Shown here piece after piece: positions 1-11,561 of a stretch of DNA of 64,000 bases. The notes beneath the pieces were generated by a model. The model was not told the DNA's origin, did not search any database, and saw only the letters and a list, made by a program, of their open reading frames with translations. The translations under genes were made by a program, and so were the position numbers. Positions within the stretch are counted from its first letter, which is position 1; each line of letters opens with the position of its first letter. Source of the stretch: Sulfurospirillum sp. (lineage in GTDB: Bacteria > Campylobacterota > Campylobacteria > Campylobacterales > Sulfurospirillaceae); contig JAJOKG010000006.1 of the NCBI GenBank assembly GCA_021206415.1, forward strand, positions 11,981 to 75,980, read 5' to 3'.

Positions 1-461
1 AAAAGTTGTTTGTAAAAGAGTAACGCAAAGGCTAACACCAAAGCAAACACACCACTCATGCCATAAAGATCTTCGTTTGAAACTGATAAAATCGCACCAA
101 AAAGATAACTCATTAAATCCACATTATACCCAGGTGTTAGATCCGTCATAATAATACCCAGTGCCATACCAAACGCCCAAATCACTCCGATAAGTGAGTC
201 AATACGTGTGCTGTTTTGATGTGTAATATAGGCAATAAGTAGCCCTAGAAACAGTGCAAAAAGAGAAGCGCCCAGCATGGGGGCAATACCGAAATAAAGA
301 GCAAGCCCAATCCCGCCATACGAGCCGTGTGCAATACCACCTGCAATAAAAACCATACGGTTAATGACAATCAGCGTTCCAATAACACCACAAATAACAC
401 TCACTAACACAGAAGCAAACAAGGCGTTTTGCATAAAATCAAATGAGAATAAATCTATCAT
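1..461 (-). CDS. znuB: Zn/Mn ABC transporter permease, 5' part (runs off window start)
   Basis: Manual translation MIDLFSFDFMQNALFAS...GGIAHGSYGGIG; ATG at 461-459 overlaps the znuC stop (ATGA coupling). Confidence 0.85.
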   Translation of the reverse strand, partial: MIDLFSFDFMQNALFASVLVSVICGVIGTLIVINRMVFIAGGIAHGSYGGIGLALYFGIAPMLGASLFALFLGLLIAYITHQNSTRIDSLIGVIWAFGMALGIIMTDLTPGYNVDLMSYLFGAILSVSNEDLYGMSGVFALVLAFALLFYKQL

Positions 462-1219
462 AAAAGCTCTTTGTGAAGATGGTTGCAACGGCGTGCACAG
501 ATAAGTTCTACGGGACAAATATGCTCTTTAGGGTTTTGAGCTAGTGTAAACGATTCCTCTTTTGAAACATCATGAAGATAGAGTGTTTTATTCACATGCG
601 CTACTTTGGTCGCATAATTGAGTGCCACGTTGACATCGTGACTTACAATCACAATACCCACCGTTTTATTAAGAGTTTTTAGCAGTTGAAACATACTCAT
701 TTGCCCTGCAGTATCAATACTCGCCGTAGGTTCATCTAGGAAGATAATTTTGGCATCACACGCTAAAGCACGGGCAATAAAAACACGTTGGCGCTGTCCG
801 CCGGATAGGGCATTAATCTTTTGGTTTTCAAAGCCTTTCATTCCCACTGTCTCTAACATTTCATAGGCAATAGCATAATCCTCTTTGGAATAGGGTGCGA
901 AAAATTTGGATTTGGAGAGTCTTCCCATTAAAACAACATCTAAAACTTTAATGGGAAAGTCTTTATTGGCAATGGTATCTTGTGGGACATAAGCAATTTC
1001 ATGGCTTACATGTAAAGGGTTTTTCCCAAAAAGAAGCACTTCTCCATGCAAGGGTTTGAGTAATCCTATCATTATTTTTAAGAGGGTACTTTTGCCCCCG
1101 CCATTAGGTCCAATAATGGCTAAAAAGTCTTTAGAGTTGTACTGAAGGGTGATATCCTCCAGTACAGATGCGCCATCGTAGCTAAAAAAAAGGTTGTTGA
1201 TTTCGATATCGTTTTGCAT
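458..1219 (-). CDS. znuC: Zn ABC transporter ATP-binding protein
   Basis: Walker A GPNGGGKST, signature LSGGQRQR, Walker B IFLDEP; His/Cys-rich C-terminus. Confidence 0.9.
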   Translation of the reverse strand: MQNDIEINNLFFSYDGASVLEDITLQYNSKDFLAIIGPNGGGKSTLLKIMIGLLKPLHGEVLLFGKNPLHVSHEIAYVPQDTIANKDFPIKVLDVVLMGRLSKSKFFAPYSKEDYAIAYEMLETVGMKGFENQKINALSGGQRQRVFIARALACDAKIIFLDEPTASIDTAGQMSMFQLLKTLNKTVGIVIVSHDVNVALNYATKVAHVNKTLYLHDVSKEESFTLAQNPKEHICPVELICARRCNHLHKELL

Positions 1220-1231
1220 AAAGCGATTATA

Positions 1232-2089
1232 TCATTTTAGTTCTGATTCGAAGATTTCAGCCACACTAAGCATATTCTCACGCCATTCGTAGGCAAGAGG
1301 GTTGATGGTTAAGACTTTGCCATTGATTTGGGTTGCAATAGTTTGTGCGCTTTTTTGTGAGAATTGAGGAGAGACAAAAATGACTTTAACATTCTCCTCT
1401 TTTGCCTCTTCAATGATTTTTGCCAACTCTTTAGGTTTAGGCTCTTTCCCACTCACTTCAATGGCAATCTGCTCTAAATTGTAGCGTTTAGCGAAGTAGC
1501 CAAAAGAGGGGTGAAAAATAATAAATTTTCGATTTTTAACATTCGATAGCTTGTTTTGGATAGTTGCATCGAGCGTATCCAAAGAGGCATTAAATGCTTC
1601 ATAATTCTTTGTCAATGCTTTTACATGTAAAGGGTAGAGTTTGACGAGGGCATCATAAATATTTTTAGCTTGAATTTTTACAGAAATAGGATCAAGCCAG
1701 ACATGTGGATCAGGTGTACCGTGTTCATCGTGTTGATGAGCTTTTTCTTCATGGTGGTGCTCTGCCATAGGAATTTTTTCAAGTCCTTGGATGGTATCGA
1801 CGATAAGCAGTTTGGGATGAGTGCTTTTAAATTTAGGAAGCCATGCTTTTTCAAATCCATCTCCAATGCTGAAGTAGGCGTCTGAGTTGGCTAACTCTTT
1901 CATTTGTGAAGGTTTTGGCTCATAGGTGTGAGGGCTTGAACCGGGGCTTACCATAACATTTACATGTAAAAGCTCTTTTGCGATTTGTTCGACAAAATAC
2001 TTCTGAGGTACAATGCTCACCGTAACAGTTGGTTTAGCATACAAAAAGGTGCTAAAAAGTAGTGTAAAAAGTAACAAAACACGTTTCAT
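1232..2089 (-). CDS. znuA: Zn ABC transporter periplasmic binding protein
   Basis: SPHTYEP, His-rich loop EHHHEEKAHQHDEHG, DPHVWLDP, HPSFGYF; start placed at MKRVLL with AAGGAG RBS at 2095-2100. Confidence 0.9.
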   Translation of the reverse strand: MKRVLLLFTLLFSTFLYAKPTVTVSIVPQKYFVEQIAKELLHVNVMVSPGSSPHTYEPKPSQMKELANSDAYFSIGDGFEKAWLPKFKSTHPKLLIVDTIQGLEKIPMAEHHHEEKAHQHDEHGTPDPHVWLDPISVKIQAKNIYDALVKLYPLHVKALTKNYEAFNASLDTLDATIQNKLSNVKNRKFIIFHPSFGYFAKRYNLEQIAIEVSGKEPKPKELAKIIEEAKEENVKVIFVSPQFSQKSAQTIATQINGKVLTINPLAYEWRENMLSVAEIFESELK

Positions 2090-2100
2090 AAAATCTCCTT

Positions 2101-2155
2101 TGCGACTAAGTTGCATAAAATACGCAGAATCTTAATCAAATGCAACTTAGTTGTG
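2101..2155. promoter_or_regulatory. Two TGCAAC-N3-GTTGCA-type boxes, putative Zur operators
   Basis: TGCGACTAAGTTGCA (2101-2115) and TGCAACTTAGTTGTG (2141-2155) in the divergent znuA/zur intergenic region. Confidence 0.6.
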
Positions 2156-2210
2156 ACTTAATAAAAAAATTGGATACCATTCACGACAATTTACATGTAA
2201 AGAGTGGGTG

Positions 2211-2584
2211 ATGAACGAACAGATAAAAGCATTGTGTTGTAAATATGACATTAAAATTTACAACCGCACGTTTTTCAATTTTTAATGGTGCTTAAAGCGG
2301 CAACACAGCCCATGAATTATGAGCAAATTAAAGAAAAAATGGACAGTGCTATGGATAAAGCGACCTTTTATCGCAATATTGCACTTTTTGAAGAAGCAGG
2401 AATGGTACATAAATTTGAAGGCGATGATCGCAAGTGGTATTTTGAGCTTTCAGGCAAAACCCATGCGCATTTTATTTGTGAACAGTGTCATAGAATTATC
2501 TGTATGGATGTGGATTTTGGTGAGGTAGAAGGTGAAGTGAAAAGCATTGTGCTTAAAGGCATTTGCAAGGCGTGTCAATCATGA
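2211..2584 (+). CDS. zur: Fur-family regulator, probably Zur (frameshifted near 2255-2285)
   Basis: MNEQIKALCCKYDIK then DKATFYRNI, HAHFICEQC and terminal CKAC; divergent from znuABC. Confidence 0.75.
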
Positions 2585-3065
2585 AATGGTTTTTACATGT
2601 CAGTATCGCATTGCTTCTTTTTATCTTGAGTGGCTGTGCTGTTAAAAAAGAGATTACACGTTCAGAAGCGTATGTCATTACCATTAAAAATAAAACAAAT
2701 CGCACTCTCCGATACAGTTTTATCAATCACGGAAATGCTTACGATAGCGTGCAAATTTCTCAGCAGGAAATCTTTTATTTCATTTAGAAGTGATGGGAAA
2801 TTATGTCTGTATGGATGGAAAGTGTTTAGATCGGTTAGCTTTTAACCAGAATTTTTTTCAAGCGGAACATTATGCTGAACTCATGCAAGACATTATGGCG
2901 CAAAAGCCAATTTATGATGGTAAGTTTTTGCGTCAAACACCTCAGGGCTTTGAACAAGAGTTGACTTTTGAAACGAGCCATATTCTTTACAAAGTTGAAA
3001 ATGCACACTCTAGTTTTAAAGATATTCAAAACGGTATTTTGATTCGACTCAAACGACTACCCTAA
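2581..3065 (+). CDS. Putative lipoprotein (frameshifted)
   Basis: Signal peptide with lipobox LSGC; three overlapping ORF fragments join into one protein. Confidence 0.6.
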
Positions 3066-3076
3066 AAGGAAAAATA

Positions 3077-3919
3077 ATGAAATATGTTGGGGCACACGTG
3101 AGTGCCAGTGGAGGGGTATTTAATGCTCCTATAAATGCAGCGAAAATTGGGGCAAAAGCCTTTGCTCTCTTTACGAAAAATCAACGCCAATGGGAAGGAA
3201 AATCGCTTACAAAAGAAGATATTGAGCGCTTTAAAGTTGAATTGGAAAAAGCAGAAATTCTTCCCAAACACGTTTTAGCGCACGATAGTTATTTGATTAA
3301 TTTAGGGCATCCAGAAGCAGAAGCACGGCAAAAGTCTTTAAACGCTTTTATCGATGAGGTGAAGCGCTGTGAGGCGTTAGGGCTTGATAAGTTGAACTTT
3401 CATCCAGGAAGCCATCTAAAGCAAATCAGTGAAGAGGCGTGTTTGGAGCTGATTAGTGCTTCGATGAACGAAGTGTTACGCAAAACCAGTGGTGTGACAC
3501 TCGTTGTTGAAAATACTGCAGGACAAGGAAGCAATTTAGGTTACAAAATGGAACACCTTAGTTATTTGATGGAAAACGCTATCGATAAAGAGCGGGTGGG
3601 TGTTTGCATTGACACGTGTCATCTTTTTACCTCAGGGTATGACTTTAGAACAGAAGAAACCTATGGGCAAACGATGCATAAATTTGATACAATCGTGGGC
3701 TTTAAGTACCTCAAAGGAATGCATCTTAACGATTCTAAGCCTGATTTGGGCTCACATGTGGACAGACACGACTCTTTAGGCAAAGGGAAGCTAGGACTAG
3801 CGCCTTTTAAATTGATCATGAATGATGCTCGCATGGATGATATCCCTTTAATACTTGAAACGATAGACGAATCTATTTGGGCAGAAGAGATCGCACTTCT
3901 TTATAGCCTAATTGACTAA
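3077..3919 (+). CDS. nfo: Endonuclease IV (AP endonuclease)
   Basis: [40 protein letters not shown] motifs. Confidence 0.95.
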   Translation: MKYVGAHVSASGGVFNAPINAAKIGAKAFALFTKNQRQWEGKSLTKEDIERFKVELEKAEILPKHVLAHDSYLINLGHPEAEARQKSLNAFIDEVKRCEALGLDKLNFHPGSHLKQISEEACLELISASMNEVLRKTSGVTLVVENTAGQGSNLGYKMEHLSYLMENAIDKERVGVCIDTCHLFTSGYDFRTEETYGQTMHKFDTIVGFKYLKGMHLNDSKPDLGSHVDRHDSLGKGKLGLAPFKLIMNDARMDDIPLILETIDESIWAEEIALLYSLID

Positions 3920-3936
3920 TTTTTTAAGGAAACTGA

Positions 3937-5151
3937 ATGAAACAAACCTTCAAAGTCGCTACGTTACTAAGTCTTGGTACCGCAACCCTTTTAGCTTCAG
4001 GCTATAGAATTCCTGAGCAATCTTTAAATTCTGTCGCAATGAGTGCGGCATACGTCGCCAGTGCCAATGGGGCTGATGCGAGTTATTACAACCCTGCCAA
4101 TATGGCATTTATGGCGGAGGGTGGTTATATTGAAACCTCATTAACGTATATTAATCTCCCTAAAGTGGACTATACCGCTTCTGGTGGAACTCCTGTTGGA
4201 AACAGTAGTGGTGATTCCAAAGAGGAAAACTTTTTACTCCCCAATTTACATTATGTCTCACCAATGGTAGGAAATTGGCGTTATGGTCTCTCTATTGTAG
4301 CCCCTGCGGGTCTTTCAAAGCGTTGGGATGAGAGCTATCAGATGCAAACGTCTGAGGAGTTCACCTTAAAAGTTGTGGAGATCAATCCTACGGCAAGTTA
4401 TAAAGTCAATGACCAGTTAGCTTTGGGCTTTGGTTTGCGTGGGGTTTATACAACGGGTGTGATTAAGGTTCAAAGTGCTGGAGCTTATACAAATGATATG
4501 GAAGCAGATTCTATTGATTTTGGGTATAACCTAGCTCTTAGTTATAAACCGATTGAAGATTTAACTTTAGCAGCAACGTATCGTTCTAAAGTCAATCTTA
4601 CAGTGGATGGCGATGCGAAAACAACTTTAGGTGCAGGAGGCACGTCTTTTAATGGGGATGTAAAAACAACGATTCCTTTGCCTGCTTCTTTAGCTTTAGC
4701 CGCAGCGTATACAATGGACAAAACAACGCTTGAATTTGTATTTGAGCGTACCTATTGGTCAAGCTATAAAGAGTTAGATTTTGACTTTGACAATGGTGTG
4801 GTTGAAGCGGGTCCATTGGGACAACCTAAAGCTAAAAATTGGAAAGATGTGAACGCCTATCGTATCGGGTTAAGTCACCAATACAGTGATGCGCTGAAAC
4901 TGATGGCAGGTTTTGCAATTGATAAAACCCCTGTTCCTAGCAGTACCATGGGCTTTGAGCTTCCTGATTCGGATGCGAAAATTTACTCTGCGGGTTTTGA
5001 GTATGCCTTAAGTAAGCAGATGAAAATGGGCTTAGCGTATCTGTACAGTGACAAAGAAGATAGGAGTGTGACTAACTCAGCAGGGGTTAATGGCAAATTT
5101 AGTGATTCAGCCGCACATCTTGTCACGGCATCTCTTAAATATAAGTTTTAG
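3937..5151 (+). CDS. fadL: OmpP1/FadL-family outer membrane transporter
   Basis: Signal peptide, ADASYYNPANM (NPA motif), LPDSD, C-terminal YKF. Confidence 0.8.
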   Translation: MKQTFKVATLLSLGTATLLASGYRIPEQSLNSVAMSAAYVASANGADASYYNPANMAFMAEGGYIETSLTYINLPKVDYTASGGTPVGNSSGDSKEENFLLPNLHYVSPMVGNWRYGLSIVAPAGLSKRWDESYQMQTSEEFTLKVVEINPTASYKVNDQLALGFGLRGVYTTGVIKVQSAGAYTNDMEADSIDFGYNLALSYKPIEDLTLAATYRSKVNLTVDGDAKTTLGAGGTSFNGDVKTTIPLPASLALAAAYTMDKTTLEFVFERTYWSSYKELDFDFDNGVVEAGPLGQPKAKNWKDVNAYRIGLSHQYSDALKLMAGFAIDKTPVPSSTMGFELPDSDAKIYSAGFEYALSKQMKMGLAYLYSDKEDRSVTNSAGVNGKFSDSAAHLVTASLKYKF

Positions 5152-5153
5152 AT

Positions 5154-6728
5154 ATGCTCAGTTATCCGTATCAAAATTTTTATGAGGTGATGTGTGCGAA
5201 TGCAAAAAACGCACCTCGAAAAACGGCTATTTTTATGGATGATAGAAAGATAAGTTATGCCAAACTCAAAGATTCGATTGATACGTTTGCGCACTTTTTA
5301 AAGCAAAGCAACATTCAAAAAGGTGACAAAGTTGCCATGATTGTAGGGAACTGTGAAGCGTTTGTGGTGGCGTTGTATGCTATCACTAAACTAGGCGCTA
5401 TTGCCGTTCCTCTCAATACCTTCTTAAAAGAAGAGGAGTTTGAGTACATCTTAAATGACTGCGATGCCAAAATGCTTGTAAGCTCCTATGCTTTTGCTAA
5501 AGAGACAAAACCTTTGTTAGAGCGCACTAAAATTGAGCGTATTATTTGGATAGAAGCGCCTTTGGATGAAAATGAGGAACGTTTCGAGACAATTTTAGCG
5601 ACAACGCTTAGGGATGTAGAAGAAGCGTGTGAGGCTAAGCTTGATGATACCGCCTGTATCGTCTATACTTCAGGAACAACAGGTAAACCTAAAGGGGCGA
5701 TGCTAAGCTACCGTAATCTCTTTTCAAATGCCATCAGTGGAGCAGAATCTTTTAAAGTTACATGTAACGATAGGTTTATTGTTTTTCTACCGATGTTTCA
5801 CAGCTTTACACTCTCCATTATGGTGCTTTTACCGATGTTTACCTGTTCTAGCATTGTCATTGTGCGCTCTGTTTTTCCTTTTGCCAATGTACTCAAACAA
5901 ACATTGCTAAAACGTGTCACCATTTTTCTAGGCGTTCCTACACTCTACAATGCCTTGTTGAAGGCAAAAATTCCATGGTATTTTATGTGGTTTAACAAAG
6001 TACGCATTTTTATCTCAGGCAGTGCGCCATTAAGTGAACAAGCACTCAATGATTTTGGTGCCAAATTTAAAAAAGCCAAACTCTTAGAGGGATATGGTTT
6101 AAGCGAGTGTTCACCTGCGGTGTGTGTAAACCGACTGGATCATCAAAAACCGCTCTCCGTTGGACTGCCTCTTCCTAGCTATGAGATTAAGATAGTGGAT
6201 GAAGAACGAATGGAAGTCGCCACAGGTGAGGTGGGTGAGATTATGGTGAAGGGTGATTGTGTGATGCAAGGCTATCTTAATCATCCTGATGCGACGGATG
6301 AGACGATTAGCAATGGTTGGTTGCTAACAGGTGATTTGGGCAAGAAGGATAAGGATGGGTTTATTTATATTGTCGATCGTAAGAAAGATTTGATTATCTC
6401 TAAAGGGATTAATATTTATCCCAGAGAAATCGAAGAGGTGATTTACAAATACGAAGGTGTAGACGCCGTAGCAGTTATTGGACTTAAAGATAAGCAGACC
6501 AAAGATGAAGAAGTCCTCGCGTTTATTCAACCTAAAGAGGATATTCAATTAAATGAAATGGAACTACGAGCGTATTTAAAACACCACCTCGCAAACTTCA
6601 AATTACCCAAACACATTTACTTTGTAGAAGAGCTACCTAAAAATGCAACAGGAAAGGTTCTAAAGCGAGTCTTAAAAGAACAGGTGGAAACAGGGGCACT
6701 TTTGCGTAAAAAAGAGAGATTAACTTAA
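5154..6728 (+). CDS. fadD: Long-chain fatty acid-CoA ligase
   Basis: YTSGTTGKPKG, EGYGLSE, GWLLTGD, DRKKDLI, LPKNATGK. Confidence 0.85.
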   Translation: MLSYPYQNFYEVMCANAKNAPRKTAIFMDDRKISYAKLKDSIDTFAHFLKQSNIQKGDKVAMIVGNCEAFVVALYAITKLGAIAVPLNTFLKEEEFEYILNDCDAKMLVSSYAFAKETKPLLERTKIERIIWIEAPLDENEERFETILATTLRDVEEACEAKLDDTACIVYTSGTTGKPKGAMLSYRNLFSNAISGAESFKVTCNDRFIVFLPMFHSFTLSIMVLLPMFTCSSIVIVRSVFPFANVLKQTLLKRVTIFLGVPTLYNALLKAKIPWYFMWFNKVRIFISGSAPLSEQALNDFGAKFKKAKLLEGYGLSECSPAVCVNRLDHQKPLSVGLPLPSYEIKIVDEERMEVATGEVGEIMVKGDCVMQGYLNHPDATDETISNGWLLTGDLGKKDKDGFIYIVDRKKDLIISKGINIYPREIEEVIYKYEGVDAVAVIGLKDKQTKDEEVLAFIQPKEDIQLNEMELRAYLKHHLANFKLPKHIYFVEELPKNATGKVLKRVLKEQVETGALLRKKERLT

Positions 6729-6802
6729 TAACCAAAGGGTTATTTTATTATCATCTTGTCATCATATAAGCCCCAAAGCGTATGATTGTATGATTTAGTG
6801 GG

Positions 6803-8553
6803 ATGAAAGGGTGTGTATTGAAGTATTTGGTAGATTTTTTAGAGTGTAAAAATGTTCAAAAATGTCATATTTATGAGCAGTTAAAGTGTTCGCTTGAAGA
6901 AGCAAAGCTCTTGCAACTTATGACCAAAGAATATGTGCAAGGCTCGGTTGATTTGGATATTTCAGAAATACTGATTAAACTCTTTGGAAATAAAAATTAT
7001 GCACATTTACACCAACTTGTTTTAGTGAAAGAATTAATTGAGCAAGGATGGATTGTTCAGAATAATTTTTTAAATTCTAAGATTATGGATGTTTCGCAAT
7101 TAGAGCTTTTAAACAGTAGTGTCACACTGAGTTCCGCATTTCTAAAACTCCTTGAGGAAGGAACACTTGAGGTCGTGTTACCAGATGTGCACCTTATGAG
7201 GATCATCTTGAATATTTAAAGGATCAGTTTTTTCGTATTGAACTCTACCAAAAGCTGAGTCAAACCAAATACAATGCTACCGAAAATTCACCAAGTATTG
7301 GGCGACTTAAAAATAAACTTGAACTTTTAGAGAGTCGTATTAGTGAGCGTATAAAAGTAACACAAAATGAGATTATCGTTGAAAGTATTTTTAAAGAGAA
7401 TGAACTAAGCCCTAAGGAACAACTTATTTTCTTAGCCCTTCTTAAAGAGGAATATGCAGGAGAGTTTGAGAGTTTGCGGGATATGAATACGCTCATTAAT
7501 CTCATCAGTTTGGATGATTATGAAAAGATTAAAAACCGCTCGTTACTCGAGGAGGGCTCAAAACTCATTGAAAATCTCATTATTGATTATGATGAAATGC
7601 TCAGCACCTTTGGAGGTGTGACACGTAGTTTTTTTATTGCTGAAGAGATTTTGCAAAAAATTATGCACCCTAACAAAGAGAAGAAAAATAAAAAAATTAA
7701 ACTTGATATGCTGATTGGTGAGCAAGAGCTTTTTGAGCTGATTGACCCTAAAACAACGCTAGAGGATGTTATTTTACACCCTAAAACCAAAGAGGTTTTG
7801 GATAATTTACTCAAACAGATTGATAAAAATGTGGTGAAACTGCTTAGAGAGTGGGGCATCAAAGAGAGACGTAGCGGGATTGATGCGAAGATTATTCTCT
7901 ACGGACCTCCGGGTACTGGTAAAACCATGACGGCTCTTTCTTTAGCCAAGTCTATGAAAAAAAGAGTACTTAGTTTTGATTGTTCTAAGATTCTCTCAAA
8001 ATACGTGGGGGAGAGTGAAAAAAATGTACGCAATATTTTTGACACCTACAAAGAGTTGTGCAAAAAAACCAAAAGTGAACCCCTTTTATTGCTCAATGAA
8101 GCTGACCAGTTTTTAAGTGCTCGCTCAACCGAGAGTGGAGCAAGTGCTGATAAAATGCACAACCAAATGCAAAATATCTTTTTAGAGCAGATTGAGCGGT
8201 TTGATGGACTACTTATTGCAACCACCAATCTTTTAGAGACGATTGATCCAGCATTTTCAAGACGCTTTGATTATAAGATTGCCTTTGAAAAAGCCTGACT
8301 TTTACTCAGCGTTTGGAAATTTTGGAAAAAGCTTTTACCTCAAAATGCACGTTATGAAGAGGGGCTTGATATTGAGCGCTTAGCGTCCTATCCGCTCACA
8401 GGTGGGCAGATTAAGGTAGTGCTTAAAAATACAGCTCTTAAAGTAGCCACCAAAGAGGAGCCTTTGTTTACCTTTGAGGATTTTAAACTATCGATTGACC
8501 GTGAAACCAAAGGCGCTTTTGGTGATACGAAGCCCGTTGGCTTTATGAAATAA
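6803..8553 (+). CDS. AAA-family ATPase (frameshifts near 7190 and 8290-8320)
   Basis: GPPGTGKT, SKYVGESEKN, LLLLNEAD, ATTN, AFSRRFD; C-terminal part continues to ...KPVGFMK* at 8553. Confidence 0.8.
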
Positions 8554-8635
8554 AGGCAGACAAGCCTTTTTGAGCACTTTTACATGTAAAGAGTGTTCAG
8601 ATGGATTTGTGGTAAAAAAAGTAAAGGAATTGCAG

Positions 8636-9034
8636 ATGACCCCTTTGTCGCACATGGATTTTTCACATCCTTATTTTGGAGCCTTTTTTCTACTCGTTTT
8701 TTGTGCGGTTGTCTTTTATGGCATCACGGTGTTAGCACGAACAGTGAGTCGAAAGATGGCACGTTTGGATACGGAGAAGCTCAAACTCACCATTTATGAG
8801 TGTGGCCCAGAAGTAACCAAACAGCCCAACAAAATCTCCGCACACTTCTATTTGTTTGCGGTGTTGTTTATTTTGTTTGATGTGGAAATTATTTTTATGT
8901 TCCCGTGGGCGGTGAACTTTAGAGTGCTTGGAATGTTTGGGTTTGTTGAGATGATTTTATTTGTTTTGATTTTAAGCATAGGATTTGCCTACGCATGGAG
9001 AAAAGGAGCGCTTGAATGGCACAGCATAAAATAA
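8636..9034 (+). CDS. nuoA: NADH:quinone oxidoreductase subunit A
   Basis: [19 protein letters not shown]; exact start uncertain (8636 or 8645). Confidence 0.92.
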   Translation: MTPLSHMDFSHPYFGAFFLLVFCAVVFYGITVLARTVSRKMARLDTEKLKLTIYECGPEVTKQPNKISAHFYLFAVLFILFDVEIIFMFPWAVNFRVLGMFGFVEMILFVLILSIGFAYAWRKGALEWHSIK

Positions 9035-9525
9035 ATTACCTTCAAGAAGCAGGACTGCCTGTTGCTTTGACCACGGTGGATAAGCTCGTTCAGTGGGGCA
9101 GAAGTAACTCGCTTTGGCCACTGACCTATGGACTGGCTTGTTGTGCGATTGAGATGATGGCAACGGGTGCGAGTCGTTATGACTTTGACCGCTTTGGAAC
9201 GATTTTTAGAGCCAGCCCTAGACAAGCCGATGTGATTGTGATTGCAGGAACATTGACCAAAAAACATGCCCCTTTTATGCGTCGTTTGTACGACCAGATG
9301 CCTGATCCAAAATGGGTGATTAGCATGGGCAGTTGTGCCAATACGGGTGGTATGTTTAATACCTATGCCACGGTGCAAGGTGCGGATAGAATCGTGCCTG
9401 TGGATATTTACCTTCCAGGGTGTGCACCTCGTCCTGAAACCCTTCAATATGCCCTGATGCTTTTACAAAAGAAGATTAGAACCGAGAAAGCCTCTCGTAA
9501 ACTTGCACCTAAAAGGTTGGTATGA
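9016..9525 (+). CDS. nuoB: NADH:quinone oxidoreductase subunit B
   Basis: [23 protein letters not shown]. Confidence 0.95.
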   Translation: MAQHKINYLQEAGLPVALTTVDKLVQWGRSNSLWPLTYGLACCAIEMMATGASRYDFDRFGTIFRASPRQADVIVIAGTLTKKHAPFMRRLYDQMPDPKWVISMGSCANTGGMFNTYATVQGADRIVPVDIYLPGCAPRPETLQYALMLLQKKIRTEKASRKLAPKRLV

Positions 9526-10322
9526 TGAGAGTTTACAGCGATAAAAAAAACGTACAAAAAAAAGCTTACTACAACGACCGTTATTTTGTAGCTCCAGAAA
9601 TTCCCAAAGAAGCGGTGGAGAGTGATGAGGTGTTTGCCAAAGACCTTGCCATGATGCAAAAGAAGTTTTCCATTCAAGAGGCGTATATTCAAAGAGGTCA
9701 ATTGGTGATTTACATTGAGCCCAAAGAGAATGTTGCTCTCTTGCGTTATTTAAAAGAGGAACTCTCCTACAATTTTTTAAGTGAGCACAGTGCGATTGAT
9801 TGGTTGGCTAAAAGCGGGGAGTTTGAAATTTTTTACCAACTCCTCTCCACCAGCAAACGTAAACGTCTTCGTGTAAAGTGTTTTATCCAAGAGAAAGCGA
9901 CCCTTCAAAGTGTCAGTAGCATTTATAAAAGTGCGGATTGGGCAGAGCGTGAAATGTACGATATGTTTGGTGTCATCATTAGCGGACATCCGTATATGAA
10001 ACGTCTTTTGATGCCAGATGATTGGTATGACCATCCGCTTCGCAAAACCTATCCGCTTCAAGGTGACGAGGTTGCGCAGTGGTACGAGATTGATAAAATT
10101 TTTGGTAAAGAGTACCGTGAAGTGATTGGGCCAGAAGAGCGAGACAGTGCTCGTGTGGATGTGAACGATACGTATCGTTTTGCGCATCTTCACCATGAAG
10201 TCCCTTTTGGTGCAGAACCTAGCAGTGAAAAAACGCATACCGATTATCAAGAAGAGGGTGGCGTGTTTATTGTGAAAAAACTGAAAAAAGAAGATGCGAA
10301 AATCGTGAAAGAGAGACCTTAA
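9522..10322 (+). CDS. nuoC: NADH:quinone oxidoreductase subunit C
   Basis: [22 protein letters not shown]. Confidence 0.93.
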   Translation: MMRVYSDKKNVQKKAYYNDRYFVAPEIPKEAVESDEVFAKDLAMMQKKFSIQEAYIQRGQLVIYIEPKENVALLRYLKEELSYNFLSEHSAIDWLAKSGEFEIFYQLLSTSKRKRLRVKCFIQEKATLQSVSSIYKSADWAEREMYDMFGVIISGHPYMKRLLMPDDWYDHPLRKTYPLQGDEVAQWYEIDKIFGKEYREVIGPEERDSARVDVNDTYRFAHLHHEVPFGAEPSSEKTHTDYQEEGGVFIVKKLKKEDAKIVKERP

Positions 10323-10324
10323 TC

Positions 10325-11552
10325 ATGCAAAAAGTCAATCGTCTAAAACCTTTCTTTGAGAACATCGCTTTTGAGCGTGAAGATAACCATATGATTCTCA
10401 ATTTTGGGCCTCAACACCCCAGCTCTCACGGACAATTACGCTTGATTTTAGAGCTCGATGGCGAGAAGGTTAGCAAAGCAACTCCTGATATTGGCTATTT
10501 GCACCGTGGAATGGAGAAGATGGCTGAAAATATGATTTACAATGAGTTCTTGCCGACCACTGATAGGATGGATTATATTGCCGCTAGTTCAAACAACTAC
10601 GGTTTTGCCTTAGCGGTTGAGAAGCTCATAGGTCTTGAAGTACCTAGACGTGCAAAAGTGATTCGTATGCTTTTATTGGAGCTAAATCGCATTACCTCGC
10701 ACCTTTTTTTGGTTAGCAACCCATGCGCTTGATGTTGGGGCGATGACCATCTTTTTATACACCTTTCGAGAGAGGGAGTATGCGCTGGATTTGATTGAGG
10801 ATTATTGTGGAGCAAGACTGACACACTCTTCGGTTCGTATTGGTGGCGTGCCTTTGGATTTACCCAAAGGGTGGTTGGAAAATCTCAATCGTTATATTAA
10901 CCGTTTACCCCATGATATTGCCGATTATGAAGCATTGTTGGATGAGAACCGTATTTGGAAGATGCGTTTGGAAGGTGTGGGTGTGGTTACGCCTGAGCAG
11001 GCGCAAAGTTGGGGTTGTTCGGGCCCGATGTTAAGAGGCAGTGGCATTGCGTGGGATATTCGTAAAGAAGAGCCGTATGAACTCTACGATGAGGTCGAGT
11101 TTGATGTGCCTGTGAGTACGACCTGTGATAGTTATGGACGCTATAAATTGCATATGGAAGAGATGAAACAGAGCATTCGCATTTTAAAGCAACTTATTCC
11201 GATGTATGAAGAGACAAGCCCTGAAATTATGGCGCACGCGCCACAGTATATCAGTGCTCCTAAAGAGCAGATTATGACGCAAAATTATGCTTTGATGCAA
11301 CATTTTGTCCTCGTGACACAAGGCATGCGCCCGCCTGTGGGTGAAGTCTATGTGCCAACTGAGTCGCCTAAAGGTGAGTTAGGATTTTACATTAACTCAC
11401 AAGGTGATCCTTATCCTTACCGTTTGAAACTCAGAACCCCTAGCTTTTTTCACACCGCTTTCTTGCAGGAGTTATTGGTGGGTGAGTATTTGGCGGACGT
11501 GGTGGCGATTATTGGAAATGCGAACATCGTCTTTGGCGAAATTGACAGATAA
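10325..11552 (+). CDS. nuoD: NADH:quinone oxidoreductase subunit D (frameshift at T run near 10704-10710)
   Basis: [29 protein letters not shown]-terminal GEIDR. Confidence 0.93.
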
Positions 11553-11561
11553 GGAGAGGGC

